A stretch of DNA of 64,000 bases from an uncultured Candidatus Saccharibacteria bacterium (GCA_964585065.1 CAZPCB010000002.1:1006-65005), one strand, 5' to 3'. Counted from the stretch's first letter, positions 17,584 through 28,768 are shown. Numbers and translations are program-made. The notes: a model not told the origin generated them from the sequence alone.

Positions 17584-19347
17584 CTAACTTCTCCCTTCTT
17601 GATTTTGTATTAAATTAAGGGCGGAGTCAAAATTTTCGGCTGGAGTTAATATTCCCCCACTGATAAAGAATATTTGATCGGCTTTTTTAATAGTATTAAG
17701 TCTATGAGCGATAATAACTTTGGTAGTTGTATCTGGTAATTGAGATAATATGGATTGGAGATTTTGCTCTGTTACAGTATCTATATTGGCGGTAGCTTCA
17801 TCGAGAATAAGGAGTTCAGGTTCTCTCAAAAGCGTACGAATAAAGGAGATAATTTGTTTTTGACCAATACTAATACCATTATTCTCTATAATAGTCTCTA
17901 TACCATTGTCAAAAGTATCCATAAGCTCAGTCAAATTATGAGATTTGAGTTTGTCTAATAATTCCTCATCACTACTATTGAGTAATTCGCTATTACCATA
18001 TCTAAGATTGTCTCCAATTGTCCCGGTGAATAAGAATGGTTCTTGTAGTATAAATCCTATAATCTTAGTTCTGTCCTCTTCGGTATAAGTCCTGATATCT
18101 TTATTATATAATTTGACTAAGCCTTGTTGAGGATCATATAATCTTGCCATCAATGAGGCTGTGGTACTTTTACCTCCTCCCGTTGGACCTACAAGGGCAT
18201 AGGTTTTTCCTTTTTCTAAAATAAAACTCATATTATGAATAATCATATCTTCATCATAGCCAAAAGATATATCTTTGAATGCTAATAATTCATTTGATTT
18301 TTTTTCACTATTATCATTCGCTTCTTCTATAATCAGATTAGATTCAAGTGAGATAATTTCTCTTACTCGAGCCCAAGCTGCCAGAGCCGATTGAAGGCTT
18401 CCTACAATAGAACCTAATATTCTTAATGGCTCAAAGAATTTCTGAGCATAGGCGAGAAATCCAATTAATAATCCTATGGTGATTGATCCTGCTAAAATAA
18501 ATCGGATACCCACTATTAATAGAATTATTTGCGCTATATTAGCAGTAAAATTATATAATGGTGCTATACCATCATTTAATATATTAGCTTTTATTTTAGA
18601 CTTATATACTCGCTCACTAATATTGGTAAAATGTTCTTTAAAATAATCTTGTATTTGAAAGGCTACCAAAGCATTAAAATTGGTTAATCCTTCTTGTATT
18701 TCAGATGATAAGGACCCCTGATCTACCAGGCTTCCTTTATTAATTCCTTCAATATACGGGGTTGCAATTCGGGTAATGATAATAATACCAGTGGTAAGCA
18801 AAAGCACTATACTCGCTAATTGCCAATTAAGATATAGCATAATAGCTGCGATTCCAATCAAGGAGAAAAACAGTGAGGTGAATCGTAATATACCCTCAGA
18901 TAAAAATTGATTAATTTTATTGGTATCATTATTAATACGAGAAATCAAATCCCCCGCTTTATTACGATTAAAGAAATCAATAGGTAAACTTTGTAGAGAT
19001 GAGAATACTATTCCTCTGAGTCGAAATAATACTCTTTGGGAAACATATCCCATAATTCTTGCCTGTCCATAGGCTGCAATGGCTGATATGATAAATAATA
19101 ATACTAATCCCCCAGACATTATACCTAGAGTTTGTATATCTTTATTAGCAATTGGCCCATCTATAGCTCTGGTTATAATATAAGGTGTAGCAACACTGGT
19201 TCCAATATTGATGAGTACGGTAAATACAATGATAACTATATTCCAGCCCTCTCCTATGAAAAGGGGTTTAATGGTTCTCCAAGTATCTGCCAGTGTTGAT
19301 GGTATTTTGCTTTCAGTGGAATTGAGTAAATTATATTGGTTCGACAT
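17584..19347 (-). CDS. ABC exporter, permease + ATPase (heterodimer subunit 2)
   Basis: TM domain, Walker A GPTGGGKST, ISIGQKQ, LILDEATA. Confidence 0.95.
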   Translation of the reverse strand: MSNQYNLLNSTESKIPSTLADTWRTIKPLFIGEGWNIVIIVFTVLINIGTSVATPYIITRAIDGPIANKDIQTLGIMSGGLVLLFIISAIAAYGQARIMGYVSQRVLFRLRGIVFSSLQSLPIDFFNRNKAGDLISRINNDTNKINQFLSEGILRFTSLFFSLIGIAAIMLYLNWQLASIVLLLTTGIIIITRIATPYIEGINKGSLVDQGSLSSEIQEGLTNFNALVAFQIQDYFKEHFTNISERVYKSKIKANILNDGIAPLYNFTANIAQIILLIVGIRFILAGSITIGLLIGFLAYAQKFFEPLRILGSIVGSLQSALAAWARVREIISLESNLIIEEANDNSEKKSNELLAFKDISFGYDEDMIIHNMSFILEKGKTYALVGPTGGGKSTTASLMARLYDPQQGLVKLYNKDIRTYTEEDRTKIIGFILQEPFLFTGTIGDNLRYGNSELLNSSDEELLDKLKSHNLTELMDTFDNGIETIIENNGISIGQKQIISFIRTLLREPELLILDEATANIDTVTEQNLQSILSQLPDTTTKVIIAHRLNTIKKADQIFFISGGILTPAENFDSALNLIQNQEGRS

Positions 19348-19349
19348 AT

Positions 19350-21077
19350 TTATGTGGTTTGTTGACTTTGCCAAATTTGAGTGTATTCAATAGAGGACTT
19401 CAATAATTCTGTGTGAATACCTGTCGCCAGAAGCTCTCCTTCCATAATTACAATGATTTGATCATAATCTTGAATTGGTTCAATTTTTTGGGTAATAGAT
19501 ATGAGGGTAATATCTGGATAATTGGTAAACAATGAGCTAATAATTTCTTTTTCTGTCTTCATATCCACTCGGGCTGTAAAATCATCCAATAAGAGTATTT
19601 TTGGACTTCTTACAAGGGCGCGAGCTAGCATTATACGTTGTTTTTGTCCTCCTGAGAGATTGGTTCCACGCTCACTGATTTGCGTCGCAAGCTTATTAGG
19701 AAGATTCTCTATAATTTCAGAAACATTGGTAGTATTTAATGCCTTTTGTAGTTCTTCTTCTGATATACTCTGGTTAAATACAATATTATCAGTAAGCGAA
19801 GAATTAAACAAAATACTTTCTTGAAATACTAATCCCATGGTTTTAAATATATATTTAGGATCCCATTGATTAAGCGGAATATCATCTATTAAAATCTGTC
19901 CTCCACTTGGCTGAATAAGACCTGTGAGAAGAGATAATATGAGGCTTTTACCGGATCCTGTTGGTCCAATTATAGCATTTTTGGTTTGAGAATTAATCGC
20001 AAATGAAATATCTTTTAATAATGACTTTCCATCAATTTCATAACATACCTTATCAAACACAATATTTCCTTTTACTTCTTGGCGGATTAAGGTTGACTCA
20101 TCAATAGCTGGGGCTTCAGGAGCTTGTAATACCTCTTGTATACGAGATAATGATACAAGTCCGCGAGATATAAAGCTACTTACAAATCCCAGTATAAAAA
20201 TTGGAGTAATCAAAAGATTAAAATAGGAAATAAAGGCACTAAATTCTCCTAAAGTTAAATCCTCTACCATTACCTGCCTCCCTCCAAACCAAATAATAGA
20301 TATAATAGCAAAATTTGAAACTAAATTAATAGCAGGAATAAGGCTTGCAAACAAATTGGTGATTTTAAATCCAATATCACGCCCTTTTGTATTTACCTCT
20401 TCAAATTTACTATTTTCATAACTTTGAGCATTTAATACTCGAATTAACATAGCCCCGAGAACACTTTCATTAATAACTTTATTAATATTACCGAGAATTT
20501 CCTGCGCCGCACGGAATAATGAGGAGATATTCTTAAAAATAAAAACAAATACTCCAATAATAAGTGGTAGTGAGAGTATTGCAATAAAGGCTAATTTTAC
20601 ATTAATACTAAATAGTAAGATAACACTTCCAATCAATATAATAATAGCTGAGAATACACTAGCAAATCCCTGGGAAATAATATCTTTAACCTGCTCAGTA
20701 TCTGATGTAATATTGGTGAATAAATCAGAAGATTCACGCTTATTTACAAAACTAATTGGTTGAGATACTATTTTTCGAATTAAATCTGCTCGTAAATCTT
20801 TAGCTACTCTCTCTGAGACATATACACTAATTATGATTTGTAGGAGAGTAAGAATTAATACCCCGACAGCAATTCCCGCCAAAAGCCATAAATCTCCGGT
20901 AATATTATAATTAGCTCCATTTTTACTAAAATTATCAATACTAGCTCCTAATATACGTGGAATTAGAAGAGTAGCCCCATTAGATAAAAATAAGAATATA
21001 ATTAATACTATTGTCCAACCTATATATGGCTTGAGAAAAGTAAAATCAATTTTTGGCTTTTGGGGAGCTTGTTTCAT
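19350..21077 (-). CDS. ABC exporter, permease + ATPase (heterodimer subunit 1, degenerate site)
   Basis: GPTGSGKS, LSGGQKQR, LLLDDFT with Gln in place of the switch His (ITQK). Confidence 0.95.
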   Translation of the reverse strand: MKQAPQKPKIDFTFLKPYIGWTIVLIIFLFLSNGATLLIPRILGASIDNFSKNGANYNITGDLWLLAGIAVGVLILTLLQIIISVYVSERVAKDLRADLIRKIVSQPISFVNKRESSDLFTNITSDTEQVKDIISQGFASVFSAIIILIGSVILLFSINVKLAFIAILSLPLIIGVFVFIFKNISSLFRAAQEILGNINKVINESVLGAMLIRVLNAQSYENSKFEEVNTKGRDIGFKITNLFASLIPAINLVSNFAIISIIWFGGRQVMVEDLTLGEFSAFISYFNLLITPIFILGFVSSFISRGLVSLSRIQEVLQAPEAPAIDESTLIRQEVKGNIVFDKVCYEIDGKSLLKDISFAINSQTKNAIIGPTGSGKSLILSLLTGLIQPSGGQILIDDIPLNQWDPKYIFKTMGLVFQESILFNSSLTDNIVFNQSISEEELQKALNTTNVSEIIENLPNKLATQISERGTNLSGGQKQRIMLARALVRSPKILLLDDFTARVDMKTEKEIISSLFTNYPDITLISITQKIEPIQDYDQIIVIMEGELLATGIHTELLKSSIEYTQIWQSQQTT

Positions 21078-21115
21078 CTATTTAGTATACGCCTATTGTG
21101 GTTAAAAATCAAAAA

Positions 21116-22771
21116 CTAACTTCTATCAATAAATTCTTCTCTTGAGCTGGCATCTGGTTTTGTAATAGTATTAGGGATAAGAGCTGATAATAATGGTTCA
21201 CTTTCAGCCCCTATACGTGCTAGTTCATAGGCTAAATAGCGATAATTAATATGTCCTCCTGGTCGCACTCGAAGTTGTGTCATATAGCTGATTTCTTTTG
21301 GAGAGGCATGAAAAATACTGATAAAAATATGTCCAAAGGGTAATAATTGCGTCCAGAGATATTGAGGAAACCATGTATATTCACGAGTAAGTGCAACAAA
21401 GTCCTGCAATTTGACATAATACCCTTGTAAATCCTTCTCAAATTCCTCGCGAATAGAGGTGAATACAGGGTTATCAGTGAGATATAATGGTAAGGTATAG
21501 CCATTATATAATGATGCCTCATAATTCTCAGTGCTAAGAGTTGGAATATATCGTCCCCATGCACGATGACGATTCAAATCTCTAAGCTCGGAATTAGAGC
21601 TCATCAGTACAAAGCTATGAGTATTTACCCGAAACAAATTACCCATTTGCTTATGATGATTAAAGTCTTTGAATAGTATTTGAGATATAGTTTTTTCCTG
21701 CTCTTCTGTGAGTGTTTCAGTCCAATCTAGTACTGATTTAACACTTGCATTTGGATATAGGGTAAGAATATTCTGAAAGAGAATTTTAATCCCTGCACTT
21801 AAATTAATATCTAATAATTCAACATTGAGATTATGATAGCCAATAGTTTCTGATATCTCTAAATATTGCTCTATTTTTAATTCCTCATTAAGATATGTTT
21901 TAAGTTCACTAAGATTATTGCGTGTAATGGTATCTGCCTGAGTATGACGAATTAAATCAGGAGCTTCTGCAGTATAGTTAATTTCCTTTGCATAGGCTTC
22001 ATCTGGCGCAAATAATACTTCTAATTGCTCAGCTAAATATACTAATTCTTGTTCTGCAGAGGCTTTAAACACAGAGATTAATCGAGCCCATTCCCGAGCT
22101 GAGGTAATATAGGCAAGAGAAGTTTTATTCATAAGCCCTGAGGGGAGAAAATATCGGGTAGAGTCAAATACCCGAGCTGTAAGAGCTCCCGTCTCTGATT
22201 TATTATTCTCATCAATACCATAGCCTTTAATATAGGTACTGGTTAATTCAGCCTGCCAATATTTATATTTATCAAGAGCATATTGTTGTAAATCTAAGAG
22301 AGATTCATTCACCTTATCATAATTCTCTGCATCAGAATTAATACCGAGACTATTGAGTCCAAGTGGTTTACTATTCCCAAAATCTTGATATCGAGTTGAG
22401 CGCTGTTGCCCACCTCCTACACTGGTTTCATTAAAGAAAATTGTAGAATAATGATCGGGAATTTGCTCAATATAGGCAAATAGTTGAGCCATATCAGCTA
22501 CTGAAGAATGGCCATAATTACGAAATATATTGGCTAATTTTTCATTGGCATTACTTCCTGCAGCTTGAATTTCTTGGAATAATTCCTCTGCAGATAATGC
22601 TGAGCGAGAAAATCTTGCTCCAGCAAAAGCCATAATAGAGGCTGTTTGCTTACCCGCATTCGGAAGAGCGGTTCTGACAGTGTATCCTGTGCGAGTATCA
22701 GTCACTGAGACAATAACTAAATCGGTTTTATCTGGGTCTGAGACCGTGAATGTAAAATGCTCATATGCCAT
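21116..22771 (-). CDS. thyX: FAD-dependent thymidylate synthase (long, duplicated-domain type)
   Basis: ARFSRS, YGHSSVAD, QRSTRY, RDLNRHR, LRVRPGGHINYR; follows dcd. Confidence 0.85.
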   Translation of the reverse strand: MAYEHFTFTVSDPDKTDLVIVSVTDTRTGYTVRTALPNAGKQTASIMAFAGARFSRSALSAEELFQEIQAAGSNANEKLANIFRNYGHSSVADMAQLFAYIEQIPDHYSTIFFNETSVGGGQQRSTRYQDFGNSKPLGLNSLGINSDAENYDKVNESLLDLQQYALDKYKYWQAELTSTYIKGYGIDENNKSETGALTARVFDSTRYFLPSGLMNKTSLAYITSAREWARLISVFKASAEQELVYLAEQLEVLFAPDEAYAKEINYTAEAPDLIRHTQADTITRNNLSELKTYLNEELKIEQYLEISETIGYHNLNVELLDINLSAGIKILFQNILTLYPNASVKSVLDWTETLTEEQEKTISQILFKDFNHHKQMGNLFRVNTHSFVLMSSNSELRDLNRHRAWGRYIPTLSTENYEASLYNGYTLPLYLTDNPVFTSIREEFEKDLQGYYVKLQDFVALTREYTWFPQYLWTQLLPFGHIFISIFHASPKEISYMTQLRVRPGGHINYRYLAYELARIGAESEPLLSALIPNTITKPDASSREEFIDRS

Positions 22772-22772
22772 A

Positions 22773-23351
22773 TTATTCTTCTTTATTTTCAAAATTTTTA
22801 TGCATATCACTTGCTTGTACTCCTCTTGAGTCATAATATTTACTTCCTAGAGAGGCTGATCCATAAGAATTTTGGGCAGGAGTTTTGAGTTCATAAAAAG
22901 CAATTTGGGCTATTTTCATTTCTGGATAAAGCCGAATTGGTACGGTATTAGTATTTACAAATTCAAGGGTGGCATTGAGTTTATTCCCAGGATCAATAAA
23001 TCCAGCTGTGGTATGTACAATTAATCCGTATCGAGCTAGAGAGCTTTTTCCCATAATTTGACAGGCATATTTTTCATTGCATCCAAAATAATCTTTGGTT
23101 ACACCCAATACAAATTGACCTGGATGTATTACAAAATATTCATCCTTATCGGTTAATATAACTTTTTCCATAAATTCATGAACTGATTGCTTGGGGTCAA
23201 TATATTCAAATTTGTGACTATTAAAAATCATAAATTCATATCCGAGTAAAACATCATAACTAGCCGGCTGAAGACGAGCCTCATCAAAATCATTAATGAT
23301 AATATCTCCTAATTCGATTCCCTTCTTTATATCGACATCGGATAATTGCAT
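22773..23351 (-). CDS. dcd: dCTP deaminase
   Basis: LQPASYDV, GKSSLARYGL, TAGFIDPG, TLE. Confidence 0.96.
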   Translation of the reverse strand: MQLSDVDIKKGIELGDIIINDFDEARLQPASYDVLLGYEFMIFNSHKFEYIDPKQSVHEFMEKVILTDKDEYFVIHPGQFVLGVTKDYFGCNEKYACQIMGKSSLARYGLIVHTTAGFIDPGNKLNATLEFVNTNTVPIRLYPEMKIAQIAFYELKTPAQNSYGSASLGSKYYDSRGVQASDMHKNFENKEE

Positions 23352-23362
23352 AATGAAATAAA

Positions 23363-24292
23363 TTAAACTTTTAGATACCGATTAATAGCGATAAGACTAC
23401 TTCCAACCCCAAGAGCTATTCCAACAGCTAATTGAACCCCAATAATCATAAAGGCCTTACCAAGAACATAGCTACTTGGTGATTGAGCTCCATCTACAAA
23501 GGCAGTAATTGGTCCTGAGATAGCAAGAACTACAATAAACAGAATGAGGAAACTGATAAAGGTTCCAAATATACCGAATAATATACCCTCTACAAAAAAC
23601 GGACCTTTAATTTGAGAGTCACTAGCCCCAACCAAACGCATAATTTCAATTTCTTGACGATATGAATACAGTGTCAATCGAATAGTATTATAGGTAATTA
23701 ATACTGCAATGGTAGCAAGCACTACAATCACACTAATTCCTACATTACGGGTAACACTAATGATTTTATTTAATTTATCAATAATTTCTTTTGAGGTTGA
23801 TTTTTGGAAATCAGTTTCTTCAATAACAGTCTCCTTATATTGAGATTCTAGGAGATTATTATTAATTTTCTCATAAAATTTACTATCCTCGGCTTGTATT
23901 ACCAAGGTTACCGGAAGAGGATTAGTGTCTAACACCTGTAATGATTGTAAAATAGAAGGATTGTCCTTATAGGTTTCTTTGAACTTATCTAAAGCTTCTT
24001 CTTTGGTTACCAAATCAATTTCTCTTACCCCCTCAATACCTTTTACATAATTTTGGAACTCATCTATTTGAGTTTGTTCTATACCATCTTTTAGGTATAT
24101 ACTTATATTTACTTTATTTTGCACACTAGTCAAAGCATCACTACTAATTTGATTAATTACCATAAAAAATCCCAGCCCAAATAGAGTGAGCACCATAATA
24201 CTGGTAGTAGCAATAGAGAGGAATAGATTACGTCCAAAATTTTGAAATCCGTATGTAATGCTGCGTATGATATTAGTAAAGAGTGAGTCCAT
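23363..24292 (-). CDS. ftsX: Cell division permease FtsX
   Basis: NPLP, NTIRL...EIEIMRLVGA, GPFFVEG; downstream of ftsE. Confidence 0.95.
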   Translation of the reverse strand: MDSLFTNIIRSITYGFQNFGRNLFLSIATTSIMVLTLFGLGFFMVINQISSDALTSVQNKVNISIYLKDGIEQTQIDEFQNYVKGIEGVREIDLVTKEEALDKFKETYKDNPSILQSLQVLDTNPLPVTLVIQAEDSKFYEKINNNLLESQYKETVIEETDFQKSTSKEIIDKLNKIISVTRNVGISVIVVLATIAVLITYNTIRLTLYSYRQEIEIMRLVGASDSQIKGPFFVEGILFGIFGTFISFLILFIVVLAISGPITAFVDGAQSPSSYVLGKAFMIIGVQLAVGIALGVGSSLIAINRYLKV

Positions 24293-24307
24293 AAATTTTA
24301 TATTGAT

Positions 24308-24994
24308 TTAGATAATATATTTTCCGTCTAGGCTATCACGAATAATTTTACCTTTATCGAGGCTAATAACACGTTTATTAATACTATTTACCACTTCTTT
24401 ATTATGTGTCGCAAAAATAATAGTAGTTTTCAATTGTTCATTAATTTTGAGTAGTAAATTCACAATATCCCAACTATTAAATACATCAAGATTTCCTGTT
24501 GGTTCATCAGCCAATAATACTGCTGGCTCATTGATAAGAGCTCGGGCAATAGCTATTCTTTGCCTTTCCCCCCCCGATAATTGATTTGGGAATTTATTAG
24601 CCTTAGCTCCCATACCCACAATATTCAAAAATCGTGGGACTTTACGGGCAATTTCATTACTATCTTTGCCCAATATTTCCATTGCAAAAGCAATATTTTC
24701 AAAAGCTGTTTTCTGAGCTAATAGCTTAAAGTCTTGAAAAATAATTCCTAAAGCTCTTCTATGTTGAGGTAAATCGCTATATATCAAATCATTAACTCGC
24801 GTCTTCCCTAAATACACCTCACCCTTATCTGGTTTCTGTTCTCCCGTAATTAGCTTCATCAAAGTAGATTTTCCCGCACCACTTTGCCCAACAAGAACTA
24901 CAAATTCTCCATCCTCTATTTTGAGATTAATATTTTCAATTGCAAAGGAGTCCTCCTCCCCATATGTTTTAGTTACATTTTTGAATAAAATCAT
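24308..24994 (-). CDS. ftsE: Cell division ATPase FtsE
   Basis: GQSGAGKST, IFQDFKLL, LSGGE, ADEPTGNLD. Confidence 0.95.
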   Translation of the reverse strand: MILFKNVTKTYGEEDSFAIENINLKIEDGEFVVLVGQSGAGKSTLMKLITGEQKPDKGEVYLGKTRVNDLIYSDLPQHRRALGIIFQDFKLLAQKTAFENIAFAMEILGKDSNEIARKVPRFLNIVGMGAKANKFPNQLSGGERQRIAIARALINEPAVLLADEPTGNLDVFNSWDIVNLLLKINEQLKTTIIFATHNKEVVNSINKRVISLDKGKIIRDSLDGKYII

Positions 24995-25009
24995 AGAACT
25001 TATTAATAT

Positions 25010-26083
25010 TTATTTAGATATCAGTACCGATGTAATAATTTCTTCTAAATTTCCTGCCAAAACACCATCTACATCTGTTGTTTCAAATCCACTACGCTGA
25101 TCTTTTACTAATTTATAGGGGTTCAGCACATAGGACCGAATATGATTCCCCCATGAAATAGACATATCTTCCGTATGGTCAGCTTGCTCTTGTTTTCTCT
25201 CAGCTTGTTTTAATTCCCATAATTTAGCTTTGAGTATACTCATTGCTAATGCTTTATTTTGCAATTGAGAGCGTTCCGTTTGAATTGCCACTACAATATT
25301 AGTCGGTATATGCGTTATTCGAACAGCCGAGTCAGTCGTATTAACACTTTGTCCCCCAGCTCCTTGAGATCGATATACATCAATCTTGAGGTCGCTTGGA
25401 TTAATAACAATATCATGAGAATGTATATCTTCCATTTCTGGCAAGGCTTGCACCATCACAAATGAGGTATGCCTAAGCCCCGCTGCATTGAATGGTGATA
25501 TTCTCACCAGACGATGAACACCTCGCTCTTGGCGAAAAATCCCATATGCATATTGACCTTTTATTTGTAGCAAGGAGCGTTTGATTCCGGCCTCTTGGCC
25601 TTGTATATATTCTATCACATTCACCTCAAAATTTCGAGACTTTGCATAGGAGATATACATTTTTGTTATCATTTCAGCAAAATCTTGAGCATCCACCCCT
25701 CCCGCTCCCGCTTGTATAAAGACTAATACATTCCCCGCATCATATTCAGAGTTAAAAAATAAACTTCTCCAATATTCATTAACAAGATTATTAAGAGCTT
25801 GTAATTCCTCTTCATAATCCAAATCCCCCTCAGATAGTATTTGCTCTATAAATTCTAACTGCTCAGGGATATTTTTGATATCTTGTATCTTTTTTTGAGT
25901 ATGAGACAAGTATTTGAGAATATTCTGAGCCTCATCTGGATTGTCCCATAATTGAGGGCTTTCTGATTTTTGCGTATATTCCTGTAAGTCTTCTTGTAGG
26001 TTATCAAGCTGTATTCCTAGTTCAACTTGCTTCCACTTCTCTTTTATTTCACCTAAAAGATTATAGGCTCGCTCCTGAGTCAT
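25010..26083 (-). CDS. prfB: Peptide chain release factor 2 (continuous frame)
   Basis: SPF motif (RISPF), GAGGQSVN. Confidence 0.96.
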   Translation of the reverse strand: MTQERAYNLLGEIKEKWKQVELGIQLDNLQEDLQEYTQKSESPQLWDNPDEAQNILKYLSHTQKKIQDIKNIPEQLEFIEQILSEGDLDYEEELQALNNLVNEYWRSLFFNSEYDAGNVLVFIQAGAGGVDAQDFAEMITKMYISYAKSRNFEVNVIEYIQGQEAGIKRSLLQIKGQYAYGIFRQERGVHRLVRISPFNAAGLRHTSFVMVQALPEMEDIHSHDIVINPSDLKIDVYRSQGAGGQSVNTTDSAVRITHIPTNIVVAIQTERSQLQNKALAMSILKAKLWELKQAERKQEQADHTEDMSISWGNHIRSYVLNPYKLVKDQRSGFETTDVDGVLAGNLEEIITSVLISK

Positions 26084-26087
26084 TATA

Positions 26088-26324
26088 TTATTTCTTTAAT
26101 GTACTGGAAAGATGGGGAATTACTCTACGAGCAAGATGAGCATCAGCATTGTACATATTTATTTCAATATTACGACGATATCGAGTTAAACTCTCCTCAG
26201 TAACAGGCTTATATTTTCCTCCCATAATACCATAAATAGCATCATGAACTACTTTTTCATCTGGATGACCTCTATGTATACCTGCACTTTTAGTAACCTC
26301 TTTGGCATAATCTTCTGCAATCAT
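26088..26324 (-). CDS. Hypothetical protein
   Basis: 78-aa ORF tightly packed between ychF and prfB. Confidence 0.7.
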   Translation of the reverse strand: MIAEDYAKEVTKSAGIHRGHPDEKVVHDAIYGIMGGKYKPVTEESLTRYRRNIEINMYNADAHLARRVIPHLSSTLKK

Positions 26325-26329
26325 ATAAT

Positions 26330-26605
26330 TTATGTTAATTCTTCTTCAATTGCTTTAGCGAGTATTTCTATATCTTTTTCTGAGATAATATCTTTTTTAT
26401 TCTCAAGTAAATGAACCTTTATCTCGTTCCACTCTTCTAGAGATACCAGATCTCTATCCTTACCATAGCGATCAAAAGCATCATCAAATACGGCTTTAAT
26501 ATATTCTTTTTTCTGATCGCTAGTAGCTCCAGATGAGAGAAACCCACCCCCACTAAAATAGGCTCTTTTTATTATTTCCTCAAATCGATATTTAGATAAA
26601 TACAT
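26330..26605 (-). CDS. Hypothetical protein
   Basis: ORF from ATG 26605, packed in the same strand run. Confidence 0.7.
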   Translation of the reverse strand: MYLSKYRFEEIIKRAYFSGGGFLSSGATSDQKKEYIKAVFDDAFDRYGKDRDLVSLEEWNEIKVHLLENKKDIISEKDIEILAKAIEEELT

Positions 26606-26656
26606 ATATTTATACCTTATATATCTCAATTATATCACAAAGTCCCTTTATTTCAA

Positions 26657-27727
26657 TTATACATTGAATTTAAAATGACATATATCCCCATCCTGGATTA
26701 TATAGGATTTCCCCTCTTGCCTGAGTTTACCTTGTTGCCTGGTACCAGACTCACCCCCACAATCAATAAAGTCCTGATAGGATATAATATCTGCCATAAT
26801 AAAACCTCTTTCAATATCTGAGTGAATTACTCCACCAGCCTGAGGAGCTAAAGTTCCTCGCTCTACAGTCCAAGCTCGAGTTTCTTGTGGTCCCGTAGTC
26901 AAAAATGATATTAAGTTAAGTAAATCATATCCCGCTCGAATCAGTATATCAAGTCCACTTATATCTCGACCAAGCATATTGAGATATTCTTTTTGCTCTT
27001 CCTCTTCCATTAAACTAATTTCTGATTCAATTTTAATAGATAATGGGATAATAGATTTACCTAAGTTATTTACTAAATCATCATCTAGGGTATATGTCTC
27101 ATCTGTATTTACTACATAAAGCATTGGCTTAGCGGTAAGAAAACTATATGACTTGATAGCGAATAATTCTTCTACCTCTAGCCCAGCATCTCGAATAGCA
27201 GTTCCTGATTCAATTAGGGGCAGAATTTTTTGTAATATTGGCAATACTTCCAGGGATAAAGCATCTTTTGACTTAGCTTTTTTCTCTACTTGTGGGAGAG
27301 CCTTGGTAATCTGGTCTAAATCAGCCAATAATAGTTCGGTATTAATTATATCAGCGTCCTCCAAAGGATGTATTCTATTCTCTACATGCGTAATGTCATC
27401 ATTATGAAAACTTCTAATAACATGACAAATAGCGTCTACTGATCGGATATTTGCTAAAAAGGCATTCCCAAGCCCCTCACCCTTAGAAGCCCCTCTTACC
27501 AGCCCCGCAATATCAATAAATTCTATAGTAGTGGGTAAAACCTTGAGAGATTTAGAAATATCAGCTAAAGCCTGAAGGCGACTATCTGGAACAGGAACTG
27601 TACCAATATTAGGTTCTATAGTACAAAAAGGATAATTCTCGGCTGAGACTTGTTTTTTAGTTAAGGTTTGGAATAAGGTCGATTTCCCTACATTAGGGAG
27701 CCCCACTATTCCAATAGATAAAGACAT
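26657..27727 (-). CDS. ychF: Redox-regulated ATPase YchF
   Basis: GIVGLPNVGKST, NYPFCTIEPN, DIAGLV, TGS-like C-terminus. Confidence 0.97.
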   Translation of the reverse strand: MSLSIGIVGLPNVGKSTLFQTLTKKQVSAENYPFCTIEPNIGTVPVPDSRLQALADISKSLKVLPTTIEFIDIAGLVRGASKGEGLGNAFLANIRSVDAICHVIRSFHNDDITHVENRIHPLEDADIINTELLLADLDQITKALPQVEKKAKSKDALSLEVLPILQKILPLIESGTAIRDAGLEVEELFAIKSYSFLTAKPMLYVVNTDETYTLDDDLVNNLGKSIIPLSIKIESEISLMEEEEQKEYLNMLGRDISGLDILIRAGYDLLNLISFLTTGPQETRAWTVERGTLAPQAGGVIHSDIERGFIMADIISYQDFIDCGGESGTRQQGKLRQEGKSYIIQDGDICHFKFNV

Positions 27728-27830
27728 AGTTATAATTATTAACTCTTATATAGCCCCCAGTATACTATATATTCAGCTTTTTTACTAGAGATATGATACA
27801 ATAAAAGCATTCCTCTGCACCTTATTAATC

Positions 27831-28202
27831 ATGTCTCAATCCTGGTTCCTTTTTCAGCCTCAACAAACTACTCTTTCCCATAATCCCAAGAATATCATCA
27901 GAGAACATCTCTTGATTTTTAGCCGTAGGAATTTAGAAGATCCAGTAACTGAAGAGGTGTTAAGTCTTCTTGAGGAACTTCATCAGAATGTTTTAAAGCC
28001 TATGCATATAGGAAAATATACCCTTCATTCCTTACCATTGAATGAGAGTGAATTTCATCTAGTCCTTGGCCAACTCAGGCGCATCAATGAATTGTTCACA
28101 CTTCATTATGATGAGTTAGGTACGCTGACAGGAAGACAAGAAAGGCATTATGCAGTTATTCAGAGATATCTTGATCTGATAATATCGCACAATTCTCATT
28201 AG
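27831..28202 (+). CDS. Hypothetical protein
   Basis: 123-aa ORF followed by terminator AACCCTCC/GGAGGGTT-TTTT. Confidence 0.7.
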   Translation: MSQSWFLFQPQQTTLSHNPKNIIREHLLIFSRRNLEDPVTEEVLSLLEELHQNVLKPMHIGKYTLHSLPLNESEFHLVLGQLRRINELFTLHYDELGTLTGRQERHYAVIQRYLDLIISHNSH

Positions 28203-28353
28203 CAACCCTCCCCATACTTGGAGGGTTTTTTCTTTACTATTGCTAAATATCCAATTTTATGCTATAATAACAACAAACTTCGCAAGTTCTTTCAACTTCA
28301 CAATGTCTGAGTATCTACAGACAAATGTCCATTTATTAGTATTGTATAGAATA

Positions 28354-28749
28354 ATGTTATACGAAATCACCTATATCCTAAAGCCTGAGCTTACTAATGA
28401 GGAGCAAATTGCTATCAATTCCGTAGTATCAGAGCAGATCAAATCCCTTGAGGGAAAGCCCAATGAGACCGAGAGAACATTTTCAGCCGAAAGAGGTGGT
28501 ACCGATGAAAATAATCTTCGAAAATTCGCTTATCCAATTAAGCATTATAGACAAGGTTATTATTACACAACTACTTTTGAATTAGACCCCAGCAAACTCA
28601 GTACTCTTGAGAGCTCTTTGTCTCGAGAAGCTGCTATACTACGATTCTTAATCGTAAAAGATTTTCTTAAATTAAGCGAAATCCCCGTAGAAGCTATTGC
28701 TGAGAAAGCAAAAGAAGAAACTCCTACCGAAGCTCCTAAAGTTGAATAA
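28354..28749 (+). CDS. rpsF: 30S ribosomal protein S6
   Basis: YEITYILKP, RKFAYPIK, ILRFLIV; start placed at ATG 28354. Confidence 0.95.
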   Translation: MLYEITYILKPELTNEEQIAINSVVSEQIKSLEGKPNETERTFSAERGGTDENNLRKFAYPIKHYRQGYYYTTTFELDPSKLSTLESSLSREAAILRFLIVKDFLKLSEIPVEAIAEKAKEETPTEAPKVE

Positions 28750-28768
28750 ACATTAATATAATTACTGT

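Noticed and set aside
28240-28353. N-terminal extensions of S6 (and of UvrB, Pgl, ThyX) in the ORF track
   Set aside because: Upstream in-frame starts run through promoter DNA; conserved sequence begins at the later ATG.
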